DNA of 64,000 bases from the NCBI GenBank assembly GCA_031431355.1, contig JANPDF010000089.1, forward strand, positions 1,490 through 65,489, read 5' to 3'. The translations under genes were made by a program, and so were the position numbers. Positions 19,358 through 28,887 of the stretch are shown piece after piece. The notes under the pieces were generated by a model. That model had not been told where the DNA came from. It saw nothing but the letters and a program-made list of their open reading frames with translations, and did no database searches. The number at the start of each line of letters is the position of its first letter. The stretch's first letter is position 1. The stretch comes from Gammaproteobacteria bacterium. GTDB taxonomy: Bacteria; Pseudomonadota; Gammaproteobacteria; Xanthomonadales; Xanthomonadaceae.

Positions 19358-20325
19358 GCGTGCCGCCGCGGCCGCGCCAGGCGAGCACAGAGCTCGACCG
19401 CAGCGACGAGGCTGGAAGGGTCGGCCGTACCCTTGCCGGCGATCTCCAGCGCGGTGCCATGGTCCACCGCGACGCGGGGATAGGGCAATCCGAGCGTGAT
19501 GTTCACTGCCTGCTCGAATCCGGCGTGCTTGAGCACCGGCAAACCCTGGTCGTGGTACATCGCGAGCACCGCATCGAAGCCGGCCAGATGGCGTGGCAGG
19601 AAAGCGGTATCGGCGGGCAGCGGGCCCACCAGGTCGAATCCCTCAGTGCGCAGCGCATCCAGCACTGGGATGATCGTCGTGATTTCCTCATCACCGAGCA
19701 AGCCGGCCTCGCCTGCATGCGGGTTGAGGCCGAGCACCGCGATGCGCGGCTTCGGCAGCGCGAACTGCGTGCGCAGTGCGAGTTCGAGAATGCGCAGTGT
19801 CCGTGTCAGCGAGTCCGCGGTGATGGCATCCGCGACGGCGCGCAGCGGCAGGTGGGTGGTCGCCAGCGCGACCCGGAGCGTCGGGTTGGCGAGCATCATC
19901 ACCACGTCCACGCCGGCTTGGCCGGCCAGCAGTTCGGTGGTCCCGGTGTAGGCAATGCCGCCGGCATTGATGCTGGCCTTGTTCACCGGCCCGGTGACCA
20001 GCCCGTGGAATTCACCATCCAGGCAGCCGCGCGCGCCGCGCAGCAAGGCATCAACCACGGCACGGGCATTAGCTGGATCGGCGTGTCCGAATACCACGCT
20101 GGTGGCCTGGCGCTGGACAATCACGGCGAGCTCGCCCGGACCGCAGGGACCGCCTGGCTCGCGAAGCTGCAGTGGCAGTCGCAATTGGCTGGCCGCAGCG
20201 AGCAGGGTATCCGGATCGGCGATGGCGACCAGCTCGGCCGGTTGCTCGAATTGGGCCAAGCGCACGCACAGCTCGGGTCCGACGCCAGCGGGCTCGCCCG
20301 GGACCAGGGCCAGCCGCGGGCGCAT
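19354..20325 (-). CDS. pdxA: 4-hydroxythreonine-4-phosphate dehydrogenase PdxA
   Basis: 'LALVPGEPAGVGPEL', 'NPHAGE', 'DHGTALEIAGKG'. The ATG at 20325 lies 7 nt after the surA stop. Confidence 0.92.
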   Translation of the reverse strand: MRPRLALVPGEPAGVGPELCVRLAQFEQPAELVAIADPDTLLAAASQLRLPLQLREPGGPCGPGELAVIVQRQATSVVFGHADPANARAVVDALLRGARGCLDGEFHGLVTGPVNKASINAGGIAYTGTTELLAGQAGVDVVMMLANPTLRVALATTHLPLRAVADAITADSLTRTLRILELALRTQFALPKPRIAVLGLNPHAGEAGLLGDEEITTIIPVLDALRTEGFDLVGPLPADTAFLPRHLAGFDAVLAMYHDQGLPVLKHAGFEQAVNITLGLPYPRVAVDHGTALEIAGKGTADPSSLVAAVELCARLARPRRHA

Positions 20326-20332
20326 CAGCCGA

Positions 20333-21634
20333 TCAAACGCCGGTGAGCCGGCTGTCGACGTAAGCTTCGGCTCGCAGCTGGCGGAGGAAGCGCTCATATG
20401 CTTCCTCGGCTTTGCGCTGGCCAATGACTTCGCGAGCCTGGTTGCGGCGATTTTCCTCGGTCACGTCCTGTTCGCGCATGCCGTTGCGCTTGATCAGGTG
20501 GAAGCCGACGTTGCTCTGGAAGATCGGCGACAGCTCGCCATCCGCCAGTTGCTGGACCTGGCTGCCGACAGCGCTGCCCCAGGCTTCCGCCGCGAACCAG
20601 CCCATGTCGCCACCCTTGGCGCGGGTCTGGGCGTCATCGGACGCTTCGGTGGCGACCTTGGCAAAATCCTCGCCGGCCACGATCCGCGCGCGCAGCGCTT
20701 CGATCTTCTGGCGGGCAACTTCCTCGCCGACCACCTCGCTGGTGGCGACCATGATGTCCTGCGCCTTGTACTGGGTCACCTTCTGGACGCCGGCGTCGCG
20801 GACTTCCTCGAGCTGCACGATCTGGAAGCCGTTCGGGCCGCGCAGGGGCTCAGTGATCTGGCCTGGGGTCATCGCCTTCAGCACATTGGCGAACGCCGGC
20901 GGCACCGAGCCAAGGGAACGCCAGCCGATCTCACCGCCGTCCAGCGCGTTCTGCGCCTGCGAGTAGCGGATCGCGGCGGAGCGGAAGTCGATTTCGCCGC
21001 GCTGGATCATCGCGCGCACTTCGTCGATCTTCGCCCGTGCAGTGGCCACGTCCTGCGGGGTCGCGCCCTCGGCAACGGCGATCTGGATGCTGGCCAGCCG
21101 TACTTCGGCGTCGCCGACCTGACGGGTGGCGAGCAGCTGGTCTATTTCCGCTTCGCTGACCTGCACGGTGCTCTGCACGTAGCGCTGGCGCAGGCGTTGC
21201 ACGGTCACTTCATCGCGCAGGTTGGACTGGAACTCGTCGAAGCTCAGGTTGTCCGCGACCAGGCGTCCACGTAGCTCGTCGACGGACATCTTGTTCTGGT
21301 TGGCGATCATCGCGACTGCCTGCTGTAGCTCCTGGTCGGAGATGCGGATGCCCGATTCGGCGGCGCGGTTCACTTGCAGGCGCATCACGATCAGGCGGTC
21401 GAGCACCTGTCGCTCCAGCACGTCGCGCGGCGGCAGCTGGCCGCCCTGGCCGCCGGCAAATTGCTTGCTCACGTTGGCTACCGCCAGTTCGAGTTCGCTG
21501 CGCAGGATCACGTCCTCGTTGACCACCGCAACGATGTTGTCGATGGAATTGGACGGCAACGCCTGGGCGGCGACCGGCAGGGCCGGGGAGGCAGCGAGAA
21601 CGGCAGCGAACAGTGCGGAGAAAATTGGTTTCAT
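20333..21634 (-). CDS. surA: Periplasmic chaperone / peptidyl-prolyl isomerase SurA
   Basis: Signal peptide 'MKPIFSALFAAVLAASPALPVAAQ', a SurA N-domain, and two parvulin domains ('GGEIGW', 'GGDMGWF'). Confidence 0.92.
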   Translation of the reverse strand: MKPIFSALFAAVLAASPALPVAAQALPSNSIDNIVAVVNEDVILRSELELAVANVSKQFAGGQGGQLPPRDVLERQVLDRLIVMRLQVNRAAESGIRISDQELQQAVAMIANQNKMSVDELRGRLVADNLSFDEFQSNLRDEVTVQRLRQRYVQSTVQVSEAEIDQLLATRQVGDAEVRLASIQIAVAEGATPQDVATARAKIDEVRAMIQRGEIDFRSAAIRYSQAQNALDGGEIGWRSLGSVPPAFANVLKAMTPGQITEPLRGPNGFQIVQLEEVRDAGVQKVTQYKAQDIMVATSEVVGEEVARQKIEALRARIVAGEDFAKVATEASDDAQTRAKGGDMGWFAAEAWGSAVGSQVQQLADGELSPIFQSNVGFHLIKRNGMREQDVTEENRRNQAREVIGQRKAEEAYERFLRQLRAEAYVDSRLTGV

Positions 21635-21675
21635 CGGGTCAGACACTCCGGGGCGCGCCAACGTGGCGCAGGCGG

Positions 21676-23970
21676 TCAGCGGGTATAGCCAAGGATAGCA
21701 TTATCGAGCAAACGGGCCGTATCCCGGCCGAAACTGCCCAGTCCGTTGAGTTCGATTTCAAGGTAGAGCCCCAGGTTCTGGCGGCTGTCGAAGCTGCGGA
21801 TGTACTGCCGGCCCAGGACGCGCACGGCCACGCAGCAGCTCTTCCATTCGAAGCCGCCGAGGGCCTCGATGGTCTGGTTGTCGTACAGCGAGTAGTTCCA
21901 TCGGCCATACAGGTTCCAGTTGGCGTTGACCGGTATGACAAAACTCAGGTCGGTTTGTTCCAGCGCCGGCTGGTTCAGCGAACTGCGCCGGTAGCGATAG
22001 GCCGCATTGACGATGGCGCCGCCGGGCAGGCGCACCTGGCCGTGCACCGAGGACAAATCGGTCAGGCGGTCGTCGGGATCCCACTGATGGGTCAGGCCCA
22101 GGCTCCATCGGTCGCTCAGAGACAGGCCCAAGGTGGCGATCCAGGCACTGCCATTGTCGGAGGCGTCCGGGTCGGTGCCCAGCAGCTTCACCCGCGGCTG
22201 GTCGAAGTAACTGATTCGGCCGATGCCGGCGCTCAGCCGCTCGCGGCCATCGTCGGTGCCCAGCAGGCGGGTGGTCACGGCCAAGGTCAGCTGGTTTGCA
22301 TCCGACTGTCGGTCGGCGCCGCCAAAGCGATTGTCGCGAAATAGCGAGGTCCACCCGAAGGTCAGCTCGCGGGTGTCGAATATTGGCAGCTCGGACTGTT
22401 CCCTGTACGGCACGTGGAGGTAGTACAGCCGGGGCTCGAGCGTGTGGATATAGTCCTTGCCGCCCCAACTCGTATCGCGCTCGAAGTACGCACCGGCGTC
22501 GACGCTTGCAATCGGCAGGCTTCGGGTGATGTTGCTCGAGGCGCCGTTCTCGACAGGCACGCCATCCAGCGCGTTGTACGCGGTGTAACGCCAGGCCAGT
22601 TGCGGCGTGACGAACCAGGCATTGCCGCCGAACAGGAAGCGCAGGTAAGGGCGAAAATCAACCCGGTTGCCGCCGTCGTAGCGGTTCGCGTTGGCCGGGC
22701 TGGCCGGATCGAGCGAATCGTGGCTAAAGCGCACCGCCTCGACGTCCAGGCCCGCTTCGAGCCAGCGCGCGAGCGGGCGGTTGGCGGTGGCCTGGAGTCG
22801 CGGCAGCCGGCGGTAGGGTTCATCACCGTCGGCCAGTAAAGGACTCGCGATCTGCCACGATTCCGCGCTCAGGCTCGCCGACCAGTACTTGCCGCGGCCG
22901 TAGAAGCCGACGTCGCTGGCCAACAGCGAAATCGACGTGGCGTCGATCGAATCGCCGAAATCGCCGAGGTAGAACTTGTCGCTCACGCTGTTCAGATGCG
23001 TGCTGGCGTACCAGTGGCGATTGATCGTGCTGTAGTTCTCGAAGTTGAGGAGGCTGCGGTCGTCGCCGGTGATGTCATCGTTCGGCAGCCAGCTGCCGTT
23101 GAAGCTGCCGCGCGAACGCCACGTCAGGTAGCGGAATTCGCCGCCCAGCATCAGGCCGCGCTTGGAAAGCCAGCGCGGCGTCAGCGTTGCGTCGTAGTTC
23201 GGCGCGAGGTTGAGGTACAAGGGCAACTTGATGTCGAGGCCGTTGCGATCGTCGCGGCCGATGGTCGGCGCCAGCAATCCAGTGCGGCGCTTGTTGTCGG
23301 TCGGGAAGCTCAGGAACGGCAGCCAGATCACCGGCACCTTGCCCAGTCGCAGGGTCACGTTGCGCGCTTTGCCGGTCGCGGTTTCATTGTTGACCGAAAT
23401 ATTGCCGGCGGAAAATTCCCACTGCCGCTGTCCGGGTGGGCACGTCGAGTAAGTGGCGCGTGTCAGCGTGCCGACCGGGCCTTTCATCTCCGCGCTTTCA
23501 GCGGTGCCGTTGCCGAGATCTTCGTTGAACTGATAGCGGACGCCGCGCAGGCTCAGCGCATCATTCTTCTGGTCGCCGGAAGCGCCCTCTGCAGTCAGTC
23601 GCACCTGGCGGTCCTGGTAGCGAACCAGGCCCTCGGTGACGAACTGCTCACTATCGTGGGTGAAGGTGACCTTGTCGGTGTTCAGCCACTGGTCCGCGTG
23701 CACCATCTCGACGTTTCCGGAGAATACCGTCCGTTGCGTTTCGCGGACATCGAGCTGGTCTGCGTCGATGTCGGTCGGCGCCGACGCGCGATCGGACGGG
23801 CCGTTGGCAAGTTCGGTGAACAGGGGAATCGTGCTTGGGCTACCGCACAACATCCAGGTGGGCTGGACTTCCTCGGCGGCCTGCACTGCGCCGGAAATGG
23901 CCAGGCACAGCGGCAATACTCGCAGGGTGGTCTGGCGCACCGGGTAAATCCTGGAAATGCAATGGCGCAC
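21676..23970 (-). CDS. lptD: LPS-assembly outer-membrane protein LptD
   Basis: About 760 aa with an N-terminal OstA-like domain and a large beta-barrel. Heads the lptD-surA-pdxA-rsmA-apaG-apaH operon. The GTG at 23970 or the GTG at 23940 ('MRQTTLRVLPLCLAISGAVQA') could be the start. Confidence 0.92.
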   Translation of the reverse strand: MRHCISRIYPVRQTTLRVLPLCLAISGAVQAAEEVQPTWMLCGSPSTIPLFTELANGPSDRASAPTDIDADQLDVRETQRTVFSGNVEMVHADQWLNTDKVTFTHDSEQFVTEGLVRYQDRQVRLTAEGASGDQKNDALSLRGVRYQFNEDLGNGTAESAEMKGPVGTLTRATYSTCPPGQRQWEFSAGNISVNNETATGKARNVTLRLGKVPVIWLPFLSFPTDNKRRTGLLAPTIGRDDRNGLDIKLPLYLNLAPNYDATLTPRWLSKRGLMLGGEFRYLTWRSRGSFNGSWLPNDDITGDDRSLLNFENYSTINRHWYASTHLNSVSDKFYLGDFGDSIDATSISLLASDVGFYGRGKYWSASLSAESWQIASPLLADGDEPYRRLPRLQATANRPLARWLEAGLDVEAVRFSHDSLDPASPANANRYDGGNRVDFRPYLRFLFGGNAWFVTPQLAWRYTAYNALDGVPVENGASSNITRSLPIASVDAGAYFERDTSWGGKDYIHTLEPRLYYLHVPYREQSELPIFDTRELTFGWTSLFRDNRFGGADRQSDANQLTLAVTTRLLGTDDGRERLSAGIGRISYFDQPRVKLLGTDPDASDNGSAWIATLGLSLSDRWSLGLTHQWDPDDRLTDLSSVHGQVRLPGGAIVNAAYRYRRSSLNQPALEQTDLSFVIPVNANWNLYGRWNYSLYDNQTIEALGGFEWKSCCVAVRVLGRQYIRSFDSRQNLGLYLEIELNGLGSFGRDTARLLDNAILGYTR

Positions 23971-23973
23971 ATT

Positions 23974-24912
23974 CTAGCCCGAGGCGTTGCCTGAATTGGC
24001 CCCTTCCTGCATGCCGGCAAGCAAGGCGACGCTGCACTCGCGCAAGGCGGTGAGGCTGTATCCGCCCTCGAGCATCGACAATACGCGTCCACCGGCGAAT
24101 TGCTCCGCCAGCGTCGCGATCTGCCGGCCCAGCCAGCGGTAGTCCTCGGCCTCCAGTGCAAGGTCGGCCAGTGGATCGAGGCGGTGGCCGTCGAAACCGG
24201 CGGAGACCAGCAACAGCTCTGGCTCGAAGGCGGCCAGGGCAGGCAACAGCGTGCCGGCCCAGGCTTGCCTGAACTCGACGCCATCGCTGCGCTGTGGCAG
24301 GGGTGCATTGACGATGTTGCCGATGCCACGTTCGCTGGCGGCGCCGGATCCCGGGTACAGCGGCCACTGGTGCGAGCTCAGGTACAGCACCCGCGGCTCA
24401 TTCTCAAAGATGTCCTGGGTGCCGTTGCCGTGGTGCACGTCGAAGTCCAGGATGGCCACGCGCCGCAATCGGTGCGCATCGAGCGCGTGCGCGGCGGCTA
24501 CTGCGATGCTGTTGAACAGGCAGAAGCCCATGGCGGTCGATGACGTTGCGTGATGCCCCGGTGGCCGCACGGCGCAGAACGCATGGTTATCGACGCCTTC
24601 CATCAGTGCATCGACGGCGGTAATGCCGGCGCCGCACGCGCGCAATGCGGCTTCGGCCGAATGCGGCGACAACACGGTGTCCGCGTCCAGGCGCAGGTGG
24701 TCGACGACGCTTGAATCGAGGATCAGGCCGACCAGTTGCTCGCTGTGCACGCGGGTGAGTTGCGCGCGGGAAGCTCGCGGCGCGTCGAGCCAGGACGATT
24801 CGTCGTACTGGCTCCGGAGCGCGTCAAGCACGGCTTCCAGCCGCGCCGGGCATTCCGGATGACCCGGCCCGGGATCGTGCAGCAGGCAGGCCGGATGCGT
24901 GTACAGCAGCAT
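23974..24912 (-). CDS. Histone deacetylase-family (class II HDAC-like / acetylpolyamine) amidohydrolase
   Basis: 312 aa with 'RPPGHHA', 'DFDVHHGNGTQ' and 'EGGY'. The start lies 1 nt beyond the upstream stop. Confidence 0.85.
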   Translation of the reverse strand: MLLYTHPACLLHDPGPGHPECPARLEAVLDALRSQYDESSWLDAPRASRAQLTRVHSEQLVGLILDSSVVDHLRLDADTVLSPHSAEAALRACGAGITAVDALMEGVDNHAFCAVRPPGHHATSSTAMGFCLFNSIAVAAAHALDAHRLRRVAILDFDVHHGNGTQDIFENEPRVLYLSSHQWPLYPGSGAASERGIGNIVNAPLPQRSDGVEFRQAWAGTLLPALAAFEPELLLVSAGFDGHRLDPLADLALEAEDYRWLGRQIATLAEQFAGGRVLSMLEGGYSLTALRECSVALLAGMQEGANSGNASG

Positions 24913-24913
24913 C

Positions 24914-25468
24914 TCAACCCTTGCGGCGGTCGTGGTTCCAGAGCACCTCTCCGTGGCCGCTGGCACGCGACAGCACCCTGGCGATGACGAACAACAGGTC
25001 GGACAGTCGATTGAGGTAGCGGACCGTTTCCGGGCGCACCGCATCATGGTGCGAGAGAGTAACCACCTCACGCTCGGCGCGACGGCAGATGGTCCGCGCC
25101 AGGTGGCAGTGCGCGGCAGCAATACCGCCACCGGGAAGGATGAAATCCTTCAGCGGCGGCAAGTCCGCATTGAAGCCATCGAGCTGCGTTTCCAGTCGTG
25201 CGATGTCGACATCGAAGATGGCCGAATGCCCGGGAATGCATAGCTCGCCGCCAAGGTCGAACATCTGGTGCTGGACAGCGACCAGTACTTCGCGAACGGC
25301 GGCCGGTATCTCGTCGGCCAGCACCACGCCTATCGCTGAATTGGCTTCGTCCACCGTACCGTAAGCGCAGACACGCGCAGAATCCTTGGAAACGCGCGCG
25401 CCATCGCCAAGGCCGGTGCTGCCATCATCGCCGGTGCGCGTGTAGATCTTCGACAGACGGTTACCCAT
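24914..25468 (-). CDS. PduO-type ATP:cob(I)alamin adenosyltransferase
   Basis: 184 aa. N-terminal motif 'IYTRTGDDGSTGL', 'AYGTVDE', 'FILPGG'. It is the C-terminal part of a longer spurious ORF. Confidence 0.9.
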   Translation of the reverse strand: MGNRLSKIYTRTGDDGSTGLGDGARVSKDSARVCAYGTVDEANSAIGVVLADEIPAAVREVLVAVQHQMFDLGGELCIPGHSAIFDVDIARLETQLDGFNADLPPLKDFILPGGGIAAAHCHLARTICRRAEREVVTLSHHDAVRPETVRYLNRLSDLLFVIARVLSRASGHGEVLWNHDRRKG

Positions 25469-25485
25469 ATCGGTCAGCGTCCGGC

Positions 25486-26058
25486 TCAGGCCGTTTGCGC
25501 CAGCAGTGCGGGACTGCGCCGGCGCAGGTAGGCAACGCTGCCGAACATCAGGGCGGAGTAAAACAAAGTGCCAAGCACGGTGTTCTGGAAGAACGGAATG
25601 CCAGCCACGTAGGCGGCGACCAGGCCGGCGCCGGTCTGCGGATAGAAACTGGAACCGAGCCACGCCCCGAAATTGGTAACCAGGAAGAACAGCAGCGAAC
25701 CCAGCAGTGAATATCCAAACACCCGCGACGCCGACACGCGGCCGCGCAGCCCGAAGCCCAGCACCGTGGAAACGGCAATGCACAGGTAGACCAGCAGGAA
25801 ACCGGCGCTGAGGAAGTATTCCGCGTAGATCCCGCCATTGATCACGCCGAGTGCGAGATCGGACACCAGCATTGCCAGCAGCGGAACCCACAGCGCGGTG
25901 GAGCGCCTGGCGAAATAGGCGCCGCCGAACAGCGCGACCGCCTCCACCGGCGAGAAATTGGGCGGGTGCGGCAACAGCCGCGACAGGGCCGCCAGCAGGA
26001 TGATGCCCGCGAGCAGGACCGGGCCGGAAGCGAACAGCGAGGACGGCTTGGAGGTCAT
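25486..26058 (-). CDS. Polytopic membrane protein (DUF6580-like, tentative)
   Basis: 190 aa with about 5-6 hydrophobic helices ('LPHPPNFSPVEAVALFGG'). The family name is from memory only. Confidence 0.6.
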   Translation of the reverse strand: MTSKPSSLFASGPVLLAGIILLAALSRLLPHPPNFSPVEAVALFGGAYFARRSTALWVPLLAMLVSDLALGVINGGIYAEYFLSAGFLLVYLCIAVSTVLGFGLRGRVSASRVFGYSLLGSLLFFLVTNFGAWLGSSFYPQTGAGLVAAYVAGIPFFQNTVLGTLFYSALMFGSVAYLRRRSPALLAQTA

Positions 26059-26170
26059 GGAATGGTTCCGCATGCAGATGAACGATCGGATCGCGCCGCT
26101 GAAGTCGTAGGCGACAGCCGGGCAGGCCGTTAGGATAGCGCAACGCGTCAGCCTGCGACCCGAACTAGTT

Positions 26171-27367
26171 GTGAATCCTGAATTCGACATCCTCATCCTT
26201 GGCGGCGGTCTGGTCGGCTGCAGCCTGGCCTGCGCGCTGGAGGGCAGCGGCCTGCGCGTAGGACTGGTCGAGGCCAGCCTGCCGAACTCGCCGGCCCCGG
26301 GATTCGACGAACGAAAGCTCGCGCTGGCCGCAGCCAGCTTGAATGCGCTGGGTGCGCTGGGCGTGCTCGCGGAAATGACATCGCTGCCCAGTCCGATCCG
26401 TCGCATCCACGTCAGCCGAGCCGGCGATTTCGGGGCCGTGCGCCTCAGTGCTGCCGAGCTCGGCCGCGAAGCCTTCGGCGGAGTCGTTTCGGCCCGCGAG
26501 CTTGGCCAGGCCCTGGAGCGGCGCCTGTCCCGGTTGCAGGGCACGCAACTCCTGCGCCCCTGCACCGTGACCGGAATCGAGGTCGCCGACGACGCCGTGA
26601 CAGTCCGGCTGCAGGGCGAGGAAGGGCAATCCACCGCGCGCGCCCGGCTGCTGGTGGCAGCCGACGGTACACGCTCGTCGGCACGCAACGCACTGGGCAT
26701 TCCCGCCGAGGAGTTCGACTACGGACAATCACTGCTGGTCTGTAGCGTCGGTACCGATCGGCCCGCCGATGGAACCGCCTACGAACGGTTCACCGGCGAC
26801 GGTCCGGTGGCGTTGCTGCCGATCGCGCGGGACTATGGCTCGGTGTGCGCCGTAGGCAGCGACGAAGCGGCATCGGTCATGGCCATGGATGACCGGCAAT
26901 ACATGGATTATTTCCAGCGTCGCTTCGGCTGGCGCGCCGGACGCATTGAGCGGATCGGACGGCGTAGTGCTTATCCGATCACGCGCGTACTCGCCGAGCG
27001 GCTGGTGGCGCCGAGGGCGGTGTTGGTGGGCAACGCGGCGCAGACCATCCATCCGATCGGTGCCCAGGGCTTCAACCTCGGACTGCGCGATGCCTTGTCA
27101 CTGGCTGAATTAATGGACACAGTCGATCCCGGCTCGCCGGCATTGCTCGCAGCCTACGTCGAATCGCGACGCGAGGACCGGCAAGACACGCTCGCGTTCT
27201 CCGACGGATTGGTTCGCTCGACCACCAGCCCCGGTGCATCGATGCGGCTGCTGCGTTCGCTCGGCTTGCTGGCTTTGGGCCATGTGCCAGGACTGTCGGC
27301 GCCGCTGGTGGCGGGGGCCATGGGCTTCCGCGGCCGCGTTCCCCGGCTGGCGCGAGGCCCCAGTTGA
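26171..27367 (+). CDS. ubiH: FAD-dependent ubiquinone-biosynthesis hydroxylase UbiH
   Basis: GTG start. 'ILILGGGLVGCSLA' and 'GNAAQTIHPIGAQGFNLGLRD'. Confidence 0.85.
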   Translation: MNPEFDILILGGGLVGCSLACALEGSGLRVGLVEASLPNSPAPGFDERKLALAAASLNALGALGVLAEMTSLPSPIRRIHVSRAGDFGAVRLSAAELGREAFGGVVSARELGQALERRLSRLQGTQLLRPCTVTGIEVADDAVTVRLQGEEGQSTARARLLVAADGTRSSARNALGIPAEEFDYGQSLLVCSVGTDRPADGTAYERFTGDGPVALLPIARDYGSVCAVGSDEAASVMAMDDRQYMDYFQRRFGWRAGRIERIGRRSAYPITRVLAERLVAPRAVLVGNAAQTIHPIGAQGFNLGLRDALSLAELMDTVDPGSPALLAAYVESRREDRQDTLAFSDGLVRSTTSPGASMRLLRSLGLLALGHVPGLSAPLVAGAMGFRGRVPRLARGPS

Positions 27368-28545
27368 GCCGTCGCGATGTTCTCGACGTGGCGATCGTCG
27401 GTGCCGGCGTGGTCGGCAGCTGCGCGGCGCTGGCACTGGCGCAACTGGGACTTCGCGTCGCCATTGTTGAGTCCCGGCGTCCCCCGCCCTGGAGCGCGTG
27501 CGATCCGGACCTGCGTGTCTATGCACTCGCCGCCGATGCCCAATCCCTGCTGCAATCGCTCGGTGCCTGGAAGCCTATTGCCGACGCACGCGTGCAACCC
27601 TACCGGCGGATGCGCGTATGGGATGCGGCGGGTGAGGGCGAGCTGTGCTTCGATGCCGACCAACTCGGTCGCGCTAACCTCGGCCATGTCGTAGAGCACG
27701 GGCTTCTGGTCGATCGCTTATGGGCAACGCTGGCCGAGCATCCGCAGGTGGAACGTCTCTGCCCTGAGTCGCTGGACGCTCTGGAGTGCGATGACACCGG
27801 CGCGACCCTGGTCCTCGTCAGCGGACGCCGAATTCGCGCGCGCCTGGTGCTCGGCGCGGATGGCGCGGCGTCGCGCGTGCGCGAGTTGGCCGGCTTCCAG
27901 TCGAGCGAGCATGACTATGGCCAGCAGGCAATCGTGGCCTACGTGCGCACCGAATTGCCGCATGCCGAAACCTGCTGGCAGCGCTTCCTGCCGGGAGGGC
28001 CGCTGGCATTGCTTCCGTGCAGCGACGGCCGCAGTTCGATCGTCTGGTCGCTGCCCGATGACGAGGCCCGGCGCCTGCTGGAATGCGGCGACGAACCCTT
28101 CTGCACGGAGCTGACTCGCGCCTTCGACGCGCGCCTGGGTGAAGTTACCGAAGTATCTCGCCGGTTGGCGTTTCCGCTGCGCCGCCGCTTGTCCAGCGAA
28201 ATGATGCGCGGGCGCGTGGCCTTGATTGGCGACGCAGCCCACGTGGTGCACCCACTTGCAGGACAGGGCGTAAACCTCGGGCTGCGCGATGTCGCGGCAC
28301 TGGCGAACGTGGTGCGCCGCGCCCAGGCGGGCAACCTTGAGTTCGATGGATCCGATCGGCTGCAGCGTTGGGCCCGCGAGCGCCGGAGCGAAAACGCGGT
28401 CGCCGCCTATTCGTTCGGGGCCATCAATGCGTTGTTCTCCAACGACGCCGTGCTGCCGACCCTCTTGCGCGGGCCGCTGCTCGGATTGGCCGGGAAACTT
28501 CCACCGTTCGCCCACCTGCTCTGGAAGCGGGCGGCGGGCGCCTGA
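27364..28545 (+). CDS. FAD-dependent ubiquinone-biosynthesis hydroxylase (UbiF/UbiI/VisC-like)
   Basis: TTGA overlap with ubiH. 'VAIVGAGVVGS' and 'GDAAHVVHPLAGQGVNLGLRD'. Confidence 0.85.
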   Translation: MSRRDVLDVAIVGAGVVGSCAALALAQLGLRVAIVESRRPPPWSACDPDLRVYALAADAQSLLQSLGAWKPIADARVQPYRRMRVWDAAGEGELCFDADQLGRANLGHVVEHGLLVDRLWATLAEHPQVERLCPESLDALECDDTGATLVLVSGRRIRARLVLGADGAASRVRELAGFQSSEHDYGQQAIVAYVRTELPHAETCWQRFLPGGPLALLPCSDGRSSIVWSLPDDEARRLLECGDEPFCTELTRAFDARLGEVTEVSRRLAFPLRRRLSSEMMRGRVALIGDAAHVVHPLAGQGVNLGLRDVAALANVVRRAQAGNLEFDGSDRLQRWARERRSENAVAAYSFGAINALFSNDAVLPTLLRGPLLGLAGKLPPFAHLLWKRAAGA

Positions 28546-28887
28546 TCAGGCCGGCGGCGCCAGCAATTCGCGCGCGCTGAGCCAGCCGTCGCGGTTGCTG
28601 TCCTGGCGGCGGAACTGTTCGGTAAGGCGCCGATGCAGGTCGGCCAGCGTCACGGTCGGCGCATCTGGCACCAGTTGTTCGTCCGGGCTCAGTATCTGGT
28701 CGCCATTGCGATCCATCTGCCGGAATGCCCAGCTCATGCGTTCGAGGAACTCCGGGAGCGACACGCGGCCATCGCCGTCCAAGTCCACTGCCTCAAAGTA
28801 GCTCGATCGCGTCTGCGCAACCGCGCTGCCAGTCGCGAGCAGCACTGCCATGGCGATCGCCGACAACAGGCGCGCCAGGCCGATCAC
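28546..28887 (-). CDS. Exported EF-hand calcium-binding protein
   Basis: The GTG start gives signal peptide 'MIGLARLLSAIAMAVLLATGSAVAQ' (GTGA overlap with rlmM). Three EF-hand loops: 'DLDGDGRVSLPEF', 'DRNGDQILSPDE', 'DSNRDGWLSAREL'. Confidence 0.7.
   Translation of the reverse strand: MIGLARLLSAIAMAVLLATGSAVAQTRSSYFEAVDLDGDGRVSLPEFLERMSWAFRQMDRNGDQILSPDEQLVPDAPTVTLADLHRRLTEQFRRQDSNRDGWLSARELLAPPA

Noticed and set aside
24914-26143. Long composite ORFs that would give a 409-aa protein here, a 544-aa protein at 36426-38060, a 496-aa protein at 58841-60331 and a 355-aa protein at 44022-45089.
   Set aside because: The N-terminal extensions run through neighbouring genes in another frame and are compositionally junk. 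Internal ATG starts with SD or stop-start overlaps give products of canonical family length.
26059-26170. Possible cobalamin riboswitch upstream of the membrane-protein/PduO genes.
   Set aside because: The region is only ~112 nt. Reading the minus strand, I found no B12-box-like core or the conserved junction motifs.
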